Shown here: piece after piece, positions 45,201 to 60,200 of the stretch
Position numbering within the stretch: position 1 is the stretch's first letter
Layout of the letters: every line of letters begins with the position of its first letter
Source: Owenia fusiformis
Taxonomy: Eukaryota
NCBI GenBank assembly: GCA_903813345.2
Contig: CAIIXF020000001.1
Span: 372,001-436,000, forward strand
Direction of reading: 5' to 3'
Length of the DNA stretch: 64,000 nt
The notes under the pieces: generated by a model
Databases searched by the model: none
Told to the model about the DNA's origin: nothing
The model's input: the letters and a program-made list of their open reading frames with translations, nothing else
Position numbers and translations under genes: made by a program

Positions 45201-48200
45201 GACGGCAGCGACGAAATAAATTGTGGTAAGAAGAAACAATTTAGATTTAGACTGAAACCTGGATGACATTAACATCACTGGGCAAGATTAACTGGATTGG
45301 CCTACTGTATTTATTATTTGTCGAACTGATGAATCATTTGGCATTTTATTGTTTAGCCATATTTAGAATACTCGAAGTGATTTATATGCTTTGGTTTATA
45401 ATAAATACTTGTGCACAAATGCAAAATGAATGACCAAAAAAAAGGAAACATAAAAGAGTACACCAGTCATAAGGAAAACAAACCCCAACTATCACAAACC
45501 ATAATCTGACGTGAAAAGAAACAATGGATAATATCACCTTCCCTCACCATTTAGGTACCATTATCACAACCCAAGACCACAGCACCGAGGGGCATTCCAT
45601 TGGTACTAAAGTCATTACAATATTGAAAAACAAATCTCAAATAAATTCATATATACTATCCTATCCATCCTATCTTATCCTATCCTATCCTATACCATCC
45701 CATCCCATCCCATACCATACCATACCATACCATACCATACCATACCATACCATACCATACCATACACCATACCATACTATACTATAGTACTCTCGACATC
45801 ATGGTAGTTGTAATTAGCATTCATACATGTTATAGAATTCAGTCTCAAATGACGTTGGAAAGATAATGGAATCCAGTCCCAACACCCATAAGCGTATCAA
45901 AGGGTCAACATCCATCCGCAAAGCCGACACTATAATCCATAAAACAATGATTCACATTTAGTCATTAAGAGAAAACTATGGCTTGTTTACTGGATTTTAA
46001 AAACATGCTTTACATGCTTTTTTTACGGCCAGTGGCAAATGCCTCACTTGCAATCCTATTCGATCAGCACAATGAAATTCTTGATCATAAAATCGAAGAA
46101 CATTACTCCTTACTCCCTGCGCAAATAAAATAGTGAAAAGGTCCATTTAAATAGTTTTGTATCTGACTATAAATTCATTTGTTTTAGAAAATCACTTTTA
46201 TTGCGACAACGGGTTATACATTCCACGTTCTTCGCTTATATGTGACAAATGGGTGGATTGCAAATGGACGCAGTTAGATGAACTGAATTGTAAGTTGTCT
46301 TACCAACATACAATGGACGAGTAAATTATTGTTAATTTTGACATGTTAAACGAATCTAGCTCTTTAGCTGAGACATTCTAATAGTTATGAACATGAATAA
46401 GACAGATTTATTATAAAGACACATTAGCCCGAACATGAAACAATGAACTTCGAATAATGGTTTTGCTTTATTAAAATTATGAATTTCCAAGGTGATGCAT
46501 GCAGTGGGCCCGAGGACTTTCAATGTAATAACGGACGTTGTATCAGGGCATCCAACGTTTGCGATGGAGTGTGCGATTGTGCCACCTCTTGTGATGATGA
46601 AAATGAATGTGGTGAGATTTGATTTATAATTATGTAGTAGTGAGGTGTTCACAGGGCATATTCTGTAGGGAATTGTTCATATGACATGTTCTAAATTGAA
46701 ATGTTCAAAGAGCATGTTCTGTAGTGAAGTGTTACAGGGCATGTTGTGGAGTGAATTTTTAATATAGCATATTCCGAAGTCACATGTTCATAGGCCACGT
46801 TCTGTAGTGAATTGTTCAGGAGCATGTTCTGTTGTGGAGTTTTCACAGGGCATATTCTGTAGGGAATTGTTCAAAGAGCATGATCTGTAGTGGAGTTTTC
46901 TTAGGGCATGTTCTGCAGTGAATTGTTCAGAAGCATGTTCTGTAGTGAAGTGTTCATGGGGCATATTCTGTAAGGAATTGTTCAAAGAGTATGTTCTGTA
47001 GTGGGGTTTTCATAGGGCATGTTCTGCAGTGAATTGTTCAGGAGCATGTTCTGTAGTGGAGTTTTCACAGGGCATATTGTTCAGAAGCATGTTCTGTAGT
47101 GAAGTGTTCATAGGTCATATTCTGTAGTTCTGTAGTGAAGTGTTAACAGGGCATGTTCTAAAGTGGCGTTCAAAGGGCATGTTCTGCAGTGAATTGTTCA
47201 GGAGCATGTTCTGCAGTGTAGTTTTCATAGGGCATGTTCTGCAGTGAATTGTTCAAAGAGCATGTTCTGCAGTGAAGTGTTCATGGGGCATATTCTATAT
47301 ATAATAAATTGTTCAAAGGGTATGTTCTGCAGTGGATTGTTCATAGGTCATGATATATAGTGGTGTTCAAAGGGTATGTTCTGTAGTGAATTGTTCATAT
47401 AGCATACTATGTAGTGAATTGATCATAGGTCATGTTCTATAGTGGTGTTCAAAGGGTATGTTCTGTAGTTAAGTGTTCATAGGCCATGTTCTATAGTGGT
47501 GGTTATTACGTATGTTCTATAGTGAATTTTTCATAGGTCATGTTGCATAGTTTTATTCAAAGGGTATGTTCTGTAGTGAAGTGTTCATAGGCGATGTTCT
47601 ATAGTGGTGTTTATTACGTATGTAATGTAGTGAATTCTTGTCATGTTGTAAAGAGGTGTTCAAAAGGTATGTTCTGCAATGAATTGTTCATAGGTCATGA
47701 TATATAGTGGTGTTAAAAGGGTATGTTCTGTAGTGAGTGAAGTGCATAGGACATGTTCTATATTGGTGTTCAAAGGGCGTGTTCTGTAGTGAAGTGTTAA
47801 TAGGGCATGTTCTGCAGTGAATTGTTCAAAGTGCATGTTCTGTAGTGAATTGTTCATGGGGCATATTCTATAGTAAATTGTTCAAAGAGTCTGTTCTGTA
47901 GTGAAGTGTTCATAGGGTATGTTCTGCAGTTAATTAATTGCTCAGGAGCATGTTCTAAAGAGAAGTGTTCATAGGTCATGTTATATAGTGGTGTTCAAAG
48001 GGCATGTTATATAGTGGTGTTCAAAGGGCATGTTCCGTAGTGAAGTGTTCAAATGGAATATTCTGTAGTGAAGTGTTCATGTGGCATATTATATAGTGAA
48101 ATGCGTGTTTATAGGGTATATTCTGTAGTTCTATAGTGAAGTGTACTCAAAGTGCATGTTCTGAAGTGGTATTCAAAGGACATGTTTTGTAATGAAGTTT

Positions 48201-51200
48201 TTATATGACATATTCTGTGGTGAAGTGTTCAAAGGGCATGTTCTGTAGTGAAGTTTTCATATGGTATGTTCTGTAGTGAAATGTTCAAACGACATGTTCT
48301 GTAGTGAGGTGTTCATAGGTAATATTTTGTAGTTCTATTGTGCAGTGTTCAAAGGGCATACTCTGTAATGAAGTTTTCATATGACATGTTCTGTAGTGAA
48401 GTATTGAAAGGGCATTTTCTATCGTGAAGTTTTCGAAGGGCATGTTCTGCAGTGAAGTGTTCAAAGGACATATTTTTTAATGAAGTGTTCATAGGGCATA
48501 CTCTGTAGTGAAGTGTTCAAAGGGCATTTTCTGTAGTGAAGTGTTCAAAGTGCATTTTCTGTAGTGAATTGTTCATAAGACATTTTCTGCAGTGAATTGT
48601 TCATAGGGCATGTTCTGTAGTGAAGTGTTCATATGTCATGTTTTTAGTTAAGTTTTAATATGACACGTTATGCAATGAAGCGTTCAAAGAGCATGTTCTG
48701 TAGTGAGGTGTTCATAAGGCAAGTTCTGCAGTGAAGTGTTCAAATGGAATAGTCTGTAGTGAAGTGTTCATGTGGCATGTTCTATAGTGAAATGCGTGTT
48801 TATAGGGTATATTATGTAGTTCTATAGTGACGTGTTCATAGTGCATGTTCTGAAATGGTATTCAAAGGACATGTTTTGTAGTGAAGTTTTCATATGACAT
48901 ATTCTATAGTGAAGTGTTCAAAGGGCATGTTCTGTAGTGAAGTTTTCACATGGCATGTTCTGTAGTGAAGTTTTCATATGACATATTCTATAGTGAAGTG
49001 TTCAAAGGGCATATTCTGTAGTGAAGTGGTCAAATGGCATATTCTGTAGTGAAGTGTTCATATGGCATATTCTGTAGTAAAGTGTTCACATGGCATGTTT
49101 TTATGTAAGTTTTCATATGACATGTTCTGTGGTGAAATTTTCGAAGGGCATGTTCTAGTGAAATGTAGTGAAATGTAGTGAAGTGTTCAAAGGGCATATA
49201 TTGTAGTGGTGTTCAAATGGCATGCTCTGATGTAGAGCCATATAAAATATTACACAGTTGTCGAGCTGAGATAAAACAAAGGACATATATATAAGTGTTT
49301 CAAGTTGTAAGCATTTTAGTTTGCCAAAAGTGCTTTCGTGAAATTAAGAAATATGTGTATGGGCCATAAAATTGAACCTTGTGTTACTCCATAATTTATT
49401 GAGATGTAAAGAAGATAATATCCGACCAGGAAAATGTACTTCACACTAAAATAAGGCATGTATAATGGGTTTTGATTTTTAGAGTTTACATGCGTTGGAA
49501 AGTTTGACTGTAGCAGTCGTCAACACGGGAATATAGCAGACTGGAGAGGGGGTAGGTGCATTGACTGGAAGTTCGTTTGTGATGGTGTGAACGATTGTTG
49601 GGACAGCGGTAGAGGGCGCGACGAGTCATATTGCAGTAAGCTGATAATATGAACATGTAGCCTATATTTCATTTGGAGCTTATTTTAATTGATTTGGGTA
49701 TCAAAAATTTAGAATTGACCATGATGCAGAAAATGAATATGACAGTCCTTAGTATATGTGATATTCAATCTGAGTGGTTAATTTGCCGAATGGTCAAATT
49801 TTATCATTTTTCTAATTTTAATGACAAGGAACTTCACATTGAATATCACTATGAAGATGATATTTCCGACGTTTTATTTTCCGAAATTAGGCAATGGGTA
49901 AATTAAATGATTGGGCAAAATTACCACATCTATTTATCCATACGCCACGCAATGATTCTAGCACACACCTGGTTTAAGTTCTTATCTTGCGCCAGAGCCT
50001 TGTAGACATGTGTACATCATACGCATATCTGATGGTGGAGTGGATACAACAGGTCAATTCTTATGTTATCTGACTCACCTCACTTTATACTTTTTATTTT
50101 GACAAAAGAAAGGCATATTTGAGACTCTACACCATGTAATTATAAATCGTATGTATTCATATATAAACTTGGTGTTGAATATATTGCATAGATACAGGGT
50201 GGTCCATATTTTTTATATCGATATAACTTCTTAAAAAATGTATGGATTTTCATAAAAGTTTGGCAGGCTATAGCAGGAATCAATTTCACAAATGTTCCAA
50301 AAGTGGGATAAATAAATCTTAAAGGGGTTTCTGAATAATAAAGGTAAACAGACACTAAGGGTCTATATGAAAGCTGAGTCAAGGATGGTTGTATACGCTG
50401 TTGAAATTTTTACTTCTGATAGGAATAAAAGCATCGAGAGTGTATCGAGACCGATAAGGAAGATGAGATGGACTGGTTAATCTTTAATCGTCAAGAAAAA
50501 CGAAACTGGCAGGCGAATGTTTGGATGAAAAATGATGTTATTTTATTGACTTGTAATTTATATTTATAGTATTCATCTGAGTCTTAGAGGATAATGAAGA
50601 AACAGGTTCTTTACTGTGTGGGCTCAATCGAGCACCATACTGATCTTTCTCTCCACAACTAGGATCTCAGAATAGCTTCACTGAGGACAGATTTTCCCAA
50701 ATTACTGTTATCTCTTGATGCTGAATTAGTTTTTTTCCATCTTACTTATTTATCTGAGATACTTCTAATGTTATCCCATTTTTTCTGGAAATCAGTCCAG
50801 AATATACGGAACACCCTACCCCATGCTTTTTTCGGACAGACTGTCTAATATGGCAATTTAGTACTTTGATTTGAGGCATGACGGATATCAGTGGACAATT
50901 GTTACTTTGATTAACATTCTGATACATGTAATCGAATAGACCGAGTGTCTGTTTATGTACCTTTATTACTCAAAAACACATAGAGATTTATCCCATTTTT
51001 GAACATTTGTAAAATTGATTCCTGCATATTCTGCCAACATTTTATTGAAATCGATGCATTAACAAAAAATTGATATCGAAAAAAAAATAAGGACGTTTTT
51101 TGGCTTACCCTGTATATATACACACAGCCTTCTCGGACAAACACATTATGCACTATTGCAAAGACCCCAGTTGTATAAAGTGTTTATGGGACACCCTGTA

Positions 51201-54200
51201 TACGACTATGACTACTTCTTTCAGAGACTCCCGGTGACGATTTTTGCAGAAACTCAAATGCCTACAACAATGATCTGAGGTGCATAGGGAATTGCTTGAG
51301 ATCCAACCTTGTATGCAACTATGTCAAGGACTGTCGGGATGGCAGGGACGAGGTCGGATGTGGTAAATAATACCATATAATTGGAATATATTGTTTCAAA
51401 TAAGATTTTGAGGGATTATTAACACACTATTTCTATTCTAAAGTAATACATTGGACATTTAATATGTCACAAATGGCCTTCTGTTATTCATTATTGTAAT
51501 AATAATAGCGCCTCAATTTATTTCTCTAACATTTCTACTTAACTTGATCCAAGTCAACAACTCAGATGAGATATTCTGTTAATAAACAAGTGCACTCGAC
51601 CCAAATATGGAAAATGAAAGTGTATTAACACAAATTGTAGGTTACCTCGACATCCCTTGTAGCAAATCTGAGTTTATGTGTCATAGTGGACAGTGCGTTG
51701 ACGAGTCCTTACGATGTGATGGAGTCAGTCATTGCTTGGATCACTCAGATGAAACTAACTGTGGTACGTGTATTGTATATCATCCCATGCAGACAGATCG
51801 CCTAAAATTACATTCGTATGATGCTAGATGACAGCATGGGGTTTCTAGTTGAAAGACCATGATGACAGTCACATTGAGTTCTATGAGTATGAGAATAGCA
51901 TGCCGTCATGATGACAGTCACATTGAGTTCTATGAGTATGAGAATAGCATGCCGTCATGATGACAGTCACATTGAGTTCTATGAGTATGAGAATAGCATG
52001 CCGTCATTATGACAGTCACATTGAGTTCTATGAGTATGAGAATAGCATGCCGTCATGATGACAGTCACATTGAGTTCTATGAGTATGAGAATAGCATGCC
52101 GTCATGATGACAGTCACATTGAGTTCTATGAGTATGAGAATAGCATGCCGTCATTATGACAGTCACATTGAGTTCTATGAGTATGAGAATAGCATGCCGT
52201 CATGATGACAGTCACATTGAGTTCTATGAGTATGAGAATAGCATGCCGTCATGATGACAGTCACATTGAGTTCTATGAGTATGAGAATAGCATGCCGTCA
52301 TGATGACAGTCACATTGAGTTCTATGAGTATGAGAATAGCATGCCGTCATGATGAAGGTAACACATTCGAAAAGTGATGACTGTGATTGAAATGGTGATG
52401 TAAAGATAAAACCGTAATGAAATATTTGTAGATTTCTTTGAAAAACTAAGAAATACACATGAATAAAAACATGTATAAAAAGTAAGGCATGTAGGTCCGA
52501 TTCCCCCTGGTAGCATAACATTGGTCTCATACATGTCATACAATTAATATTTGAAATACAAATTCAACTTTCATTCGAACTTATGATCGCACATAAGCAT
52601 GATCTTTCTTTATTAATGTTACATTGAAATACACATCATACTTATGTCCGATCATAAGTTTGAATAATAGTTGGGTTTCAAATATTAATTGTATGACCTA
52701 TACGAGACCAAGGTTAATGCTACCAAGGGGCATCGGACCTACATGCCTTACTATTTATACAAGTCATGTTTTTTTCTGTTTTGAAAGAGTTCTAATTTTT
52801 TCAAAGAAATCTACAAATATTTCGCTACGGTTTTATCTTTACAGCGTCATTTCAATCACCGTCATCATTTTTAGGTGATCTGTCTGCATGGGGTGTATAT
52901 TTACGTCTATATAGTCGCTAAAATAGGTTTTCAGGAAGTTCGTGTTCGAATCGATTCCCCTTGATCACTGCCCTCTATCGAGATACACTAAGTTAAGTGC
53001 CTATAGGCTTGCGTAATGCAGTGCTTTTTTGAGATTCTTTCAGATAAATCTTATTGGATTATGGCGAATAGCTAGTTAAAGATCCTGTCCATATCCAAAT
53101 CGATTTTCGAAGAGAAAGTTAATCTCAATTTCATGTCTTTCGAACTTGTTACTACAACATTTACGTATAATCGAATTTACTATACCTTTAGGTGATCACG
53201 TGTGCAGGGATGACCAATGGCAATGTGCTAATGGTCAGTGTCTGATTGGATCACAAGTGTGTGACTATACACGAGATTGCTTTGACAACAGTGATGAAAA
53301 TAATTGTAGTGAGTAATTCAATATTTTGAATTTACGATTTGCTATATAGCTGGATAAATAGTTGGCAGCAGGTTTGTAATAAGACCAAGTTTCAAAAGTC
53401 ACTCAACCCTTTCCTGACAAGAATATAAGAGGAAAATGAGGAGTGAGAGCGTTGACAAGAATTATTACAAATTTGATGTAACAATACTGAATAGAACAGA
53501 AGATATCGTCATTCTATTTAAGGAATAAAAACCGAGATTTTATGATTTATGGCGTGATATATGACCGAAAATTTTATTCTGTTCATTGTTAAAAGACTGA
53601 AATCACGTAGCGATTGAATAAAATTTGAGGTCATATATTTGACATAAATCATAAAATCGAGGTCTTTGTTACGATTCTAATATGATAAACCGTCAAGAAA
53701 CAAAACTATTTGCTTTCATGAATTTTAGCGGTCATACATACTCCAATAAAGACCAGAATTCAATTGTTGTAGCTATTGTGACGTCACGTATCATATTAGA
53801 ATGATGTATATAAATAAAATAAGTATTGGGTAATATGGCTCCATATGGAGCCTATCGTCGTAGAAGGGTATATTTCTTGATGTATCAAGTATTTCCGTTT
53901 GTGTCAAAGGTAATATAATGAAGTCCAACCATTTTTTTTAGAAAACTTGAAAACAATTGGAAATTGAATAAAGGAAAATAACCAAGCGAATCAATTTAAA
54001 AAAAATAAATAACACATATTGAATTCAAATATGACCTAACTTAGCAGGGATTTAGGACTTTCCAGGGAATTAGTTCATCTATTTTATATCATGTGACCAT
54101 GAATAAGCCAATGAGCATCTAGAATACCTATGGGTTATATAATAGTGCATTTTGTAATGTGGCACCAAATTTAAATTAAATTTAAATTAGTAAAATAGTA

Positions 54201-57200
54201 AATAATTAATCTAAAAGAAAACATCGATGATTCCAGACCACAAGAACTGCACCTCTGTCGAATTCCGATGCAGAAGTGGTCAATGCATCCCAAATGAAAA
54301 CGTTTGCCACCAGTCCAATAACGGATGCATCGACCATTCACATCTCCTGAACTGTAGTAAGTAATATTTAAACCCCTCACCAACTCATTAAGTCACAAAC
54401 CCCTCATTGTATACCCTTTTCTAGATATGTAAAAGTCTTGTTGCACTCGCGTTTTGAAAATTATTTCAAGAGTGGATGTTTTCCATTGATGACACTCCAA
54501 ATTTGGATGAGTAGATACAATTCGATAAAATATATTTTTACACGCTGATCCTTTTTTCAAAAACAGGAGAATATGTGTGTGATAGCGGCTACTTTAAATG
54601 CACAAACAGTTATTGCATTCCCGAGTCGAAGAAATGTGATGACGTAGTCGATTGTGAGTTGTCGCTTAATGACGAAGCTCAAGAAGTATGCAAAAAACGT
54701 AAGGCATATTGCTAGAAATGTTATATACCAAAGTCTAGTAATTCTAATACCAATTACAAATTCTGAATATAAATTCTGATGCATTCTTTTGACAACAAGT
54801 AACGAGTAAAAGTCTATTTCTTGAAATGTCTGTATCTTAGCATTTGAATTCGGCCTACCACCCTCACAATGCATGCATTCTTAAAATCTGCCACTATTCA
54901 CTAAGCATTGGGCTTAAATCATTTAACATTCATGATTTAAGATTATACAATGGGAACACCAGTGACATCTTGATCCTTCTGGTTTTCTCATCAAATGATC
55001 ATCGTGACAGAGCACATCCTTCTTTCCATGTGTTCGAGAAGACATAACGATAGTTTGAAAACAGGCCCATTAATTCAGTAGACATTCATTCACCATTTTC
55101 AACTGTGAAAACGTTTTTGCTTTTTATGAGTTTGTGTTTATTTCTCTCGACAATGTTTTGAAATCTTTCAGCATACGCCTGTCCATACCCCAGTGAGGAA
55201 TGCACGTGTCACTGGAAGGAATTGAACTGTTCTTTTCAAGGCCTCGTCATGCTACCAGTTGGACTGAAAGAAGAAATAAAAGTCTCAGAATTGTAGGTGT
55301 TTAATCACATGTCGAATGCTCATCGTAATAACTACTATTGCGCATGCACATAAATGGCGAAAATCACAAATGAATTATCGCAAACAATTCAAAATTTGAA
55401 CTAGAATTATGAATTTTATGATTCATTATCTCCAAAAAGTATAAATAATGATAAGTAGGTTAATCAGACTAAATTATATTAAAGGGGCAATTGACCAATC
55501 AACATACTTTTTCAAAAATGACCTAATTTTCTGAAAATGCAACCTTTTATAAAAATGTTGAATGCATCAGATATGTTCCATTTTCTAAAAGGAAAGTGGA
55601 TTCCTCCAGTGACTTTAAAGACATCGAATTTGGATGATCAAAATGAGCTGAAACCAATGGAAAACATAAGTTTTTCAATGGAAAAAACAACATTGGGAAC
55701 ACTAGATGAATTCAGTTTTCTTTTCAAGAATTTATTGATCAAAATAGAATAGTAATGCATTAAGATTTAAAAAATGATTGCATTTTTGGTGAAATTGAGG
55801 TCAGCATCTTTGAATTATACTGATGGGTTGTAACTAAATATCTCTGAGTCCGATTGACTATACTATTGTATAACCTTTCTTTTGGATAATGAATGGACCT
55901 CTGTTGAAACAGTAGTGCCTACGAGCCTTCTCAGTGATCTTGCAAACATATCCTGATTTATTCAAAGTACCGAAAATGCCAGGGTTTATAAGAAAGGTCT
56001 ATTGATTATGTTTTCTTTCCAGCCATTTATCTGGTAATAACCTTATATTGAACAACGAGACATTCGAAAAGTGGGGGAAGCTGACATATCTGTAAGAATT
56101 ATATTTCATTATTTTAACCTGACTTACGATCTTCCAAAAACTAAATAATAGACAATTATAATACTAAATAGTCTAAAGGACGATTTTCAGAAATATGCAG
56201 ATGAATTTGATTTTCCAAACCGAAATCGTCTTTGGTTCTCCAAACCGAAAATCGTCCTTTTAAAAAGTATGAGGTCTAAATGCAAACGTAATACGGAATA
56301 GTAATTGTTTTTGTTTATGCATTCAAAAGTTTGCGTGAGACCCCCACGTGGATAGGGTAAGGAATTTGATCCACAATATTTCCCCCATGGGTCGGAATTT
56401 GACGAAGATTGTCGTCCCGGGAGTGAGGAATTTGATTTACATGTGCCCGGGAATGAGGATTTTTGACTGAAATTTCGGAATTTGCAAATGATCGGTATAT
56501 TCAGTGAACTAAAGATCCCTCCTATCGGGAACAGAAGAAAATAACTCATGTACAGTCTATACGTTAGGTATAGTTTCAGGGGTGGAATTGCCGAGAATAA
56601 CCGCTGGAGAGAGGAACTCTAGAATAATACTGAGTAGTGTCTTAATTATTTGTTTGTCAAGCTTGTTTCGTCCTCCCTTCGAAAAATGCATTTTGCGTCC
56701 AGACTACTTATGTTTATAAGCGTGTCATAATTTAATTGATTTAACATAGATGATTAATTTAATTTGAAATTAAATTTTGAAAAATTATCTTAAAATCAAA
56801 AATACGTCATTGCATAAATTACAAGTGACCTTTTGAAAATTACTACGATGTGGATTTGTTCCCGATTCGCACCAATCAAACGCAACAATCCGCCCGCCCA
56901 TTCGACAAAAATGATCGTTCATACAAGCATATTCTCCACTTTTGTTGAACAGATACAAAACCAATAGTAAAACCATGTCCCTTTTGGCTCATTTTTGTCA
57001 AAAATTTTAGGCAATTTGCGAAAAGTCATAAAATGGAATGTGTTCTCATCGGCTTTCGCCGGTAATTGCGTCATTTAAAAAACTGCTTCTGTATTGGTCA
57101 TATGTAAATCGTAAGCGAACTTTTCAATCATAAATTAATATTGTAGCACGTGTAGTGGACTTTCTGCGAAGAATCTTATGACCATATATGGTGTCTCTAA

Positions 57201-60200
57201 TTAAAATATTGACCTAAAAAGTACTGCACGTGTATCCCTTAACATTTACGAGCATTAGCCTACTAACAAGAAAATCTGATATTTGAAAATATATTTCAAA
57301 TGGTGGAAGGACCCAGGGCCCGCGAATATTTGACCAGATTATTACTCCAAGGGTAGGGGAATTTACACATTTATTTGGCCCCGGGGTAAGGAATTAGACA
57401 GGTTAACTTTTTTTGTCAAATTCCCCATCCATTCCTGCTTGGGGGGGGGGGGGTGGTCTCACGCTAACTTTTGAATGCTGCATTACTTCATAAAATTGAT
57501 GTTTTATTTTCTTTTATCAATGAACAGTTTTGAAGACTTAAAAATAATTAACAAGATATTTGATTTCAGTGATTTGAGTAGAAATAACTTATCTTACATT
57601 CCGGCGGGTGTCTTTAAACAACTATGGCGGCTACAAGAATTGTAAGTAGTACCCAGATGCGAGTAAGTAGTTACCATTTTCACCACCAGGTGGCTGATTC
57701 GGGGTAAATAACATGGTAGGGTATTAGAGAATTCCTTGAATATTCATCAGTTTTAGTGGTTCCATTTTCATATTACCCTTATGTATCTGATAGTTATATA
57801 CACATTAAAATATGTCCAGTAAAGTAAAATATTATCTGTTCAATAAAGGAAAAATTCACTTTCTGTGACTTTATAACAAGGGGTTATTGGGTTTCCCCGA
57901 CATAGAAGTTACATTTTCAAAGAAAATAACATTTTCAAAGTTCAATTGGGTTATTTTGGATTGGATTTATTTCCTATTCAAGTGCTGTTTTTCTGACTGT
58001 TACGAACGAAGAGTTTTATTCTGTAAGGTTGGAATTCTATTTCTTTGCAAATACTATTGGATAGCACTTTATTGCAATTTTGAATTGTTATCATGTTTTT
58101 AGGAATCTTGGCGACAACTACATAAGCAGCATCACACAGGGGTCGTTCACAGGGCTATCCAGCCTTAGTAAATTGTAAGTTATCTGTAGCATGCATGGTG
58201 GATGACAACCTCATGTTGTCCAACATTCGTCTGACAATTATGAGGCTTTGTTTTTTAAACATATGTTCAGTTGGAGCAATATTATATCCATGGCACCTTT
58301 TATATAATTATACACTTCATTAGACAACTTAACAAATTACGAATGTACTTTGACATCTATACGACTTTGAATCAATTGATGTCAAAACCGCTAGTTGATA
58401 TCCAGTGATTTGAGGGTTTTGGTGAAATTTGAATTCATTTGCTTGACCCAGAACCGGAGAAAACCACAGGAAGGGGTTTTGCGATAAAAACTCGCCGTGC
58501 ATGGGAAAAGCTTAAATGATCTTTGACTTTTGATTATCTATTTCAGAACACTTGGAGGAAATTCAATAAGTTCAATCCAGCGATCTGGATTTAGTGGACT
58601 ATCGTCCCTTGGGATTCTGTAAGTTAATTTCCTCTTTAGACTAATATAAGGTCATTGATGACAAGGTAAACGTTTTGAATTTTGATTCGCTTTGATTTTG
58701 AAAGAATTTGTATAAGAAATCACCATGTTTTTATTTCAGTGATTTAAGGCACCAGAATTTGACAGCAGTTCACGCAGACTCGTTTCAGGGACTCAGGCAA
58801 CTTCGTAATCTGTAAGTTTGGAGAAATATTAGAAGAGTTAGAGATACGATTTCCGAATTATTTTGCTCTCATCATTCCACGTCATGCTTATTTATATTTA
58901 TAAAAGGTTGATCAATTCTGACTTTACTTCGGAATAATGAAAACAAAATAATGACTCTTACGAAAAAAATCACACGATTTTTAAAAAGATTGCATCCAAC
59001 ATTTTACAATCTCTATCCTTAGATTTTTTCTACAGGGATCTATCTTACAACAGAATTACACATATCAGTGACGGGGCCTTCAATGGACTTCAAGATCTTT
59101 TAAAGTTGTGAGTATCTATTAGATATGTAAGGACATTAATGTTCAAACATGACCATGTTTTATTAGAATCATCCAATCAGAATGCAGGCATATCCGTTCT
59201 ATAATTCTCAATAGATGAACGATCTATGTGCAATCATATATCCGGTGATAAATAATAAATTTGACTATTTGTAGAACCATTTCACACAACGTCATTGTTA
59301 CCATAGGAGAAAACGCTTTTAATGGACTAGGAAAACTGAATATGCTGTGAGTAACGATTACTTTAATAATACGATGTCTTGTAGTGTCTTATATACAGTA
59401 TAATACAATGTATAGTATAATTAGATGATAAGAATGTTGAATTTTAAAAACGGCGTTTTACTGCTTCATATGCGCTGTCATACACTCACCAACACAAATT
59501 AGAATGGGCGGTTGACAATCTCAAATTGCATTCAAGAATACAAGCCAATCATTATAGTTTGTGAAATGACCACAAAACAAATTGAAAATTATGAAAAATC
59601 AGCATTTTCGCAATTACTTACGATCTGTACTTTTTGAATTCTAGGACCACGGACGAATTTAAATTTTGTTGTCTAGCAAAACACGTAGAGAATTGTAATC
59701 CAAAGCCGGATGAATTTTCCTCTTGTGAAGACCTGATGTCCAACTTCGTTCTAAGGGCAAGTATATGGATCCTTGGTACAGTGGCATGCCTTGGAAACTT
59801 GGTAGTCGTTATATGGCGACTGAAAGAGTTCAGAGGATCAAAGGTAAGCATAACTCAAATATAGACTAAAGAGTAATGCATGGAGTTTAGAAAATTGAAC
59901 AGTAGTTGTTGGTGCAAGGGCGAACGTAATACTCGTAATGTGCTTCGATTCGTATGATACACAAACGTACTAAGCCCCGGGTATTAAATAAACCCTTGAT
60001 CGGTGTTGCCCACCGTTTAGTATAAAATGCGCGATCTTGGAAAAATACTCGGGGTAAACAGGTTGAGGACAATGTGTAAAGCCGTTTGTGTGTTGTGGCT
60101 CTTTATGTAGCAATACGCATTTGTAAAAGGAACATTTTTATTTTGATAAATCAATTTTACCTTTTATCGGTGAACTTTTAGGATTTTCGAAGTGAGAAAC

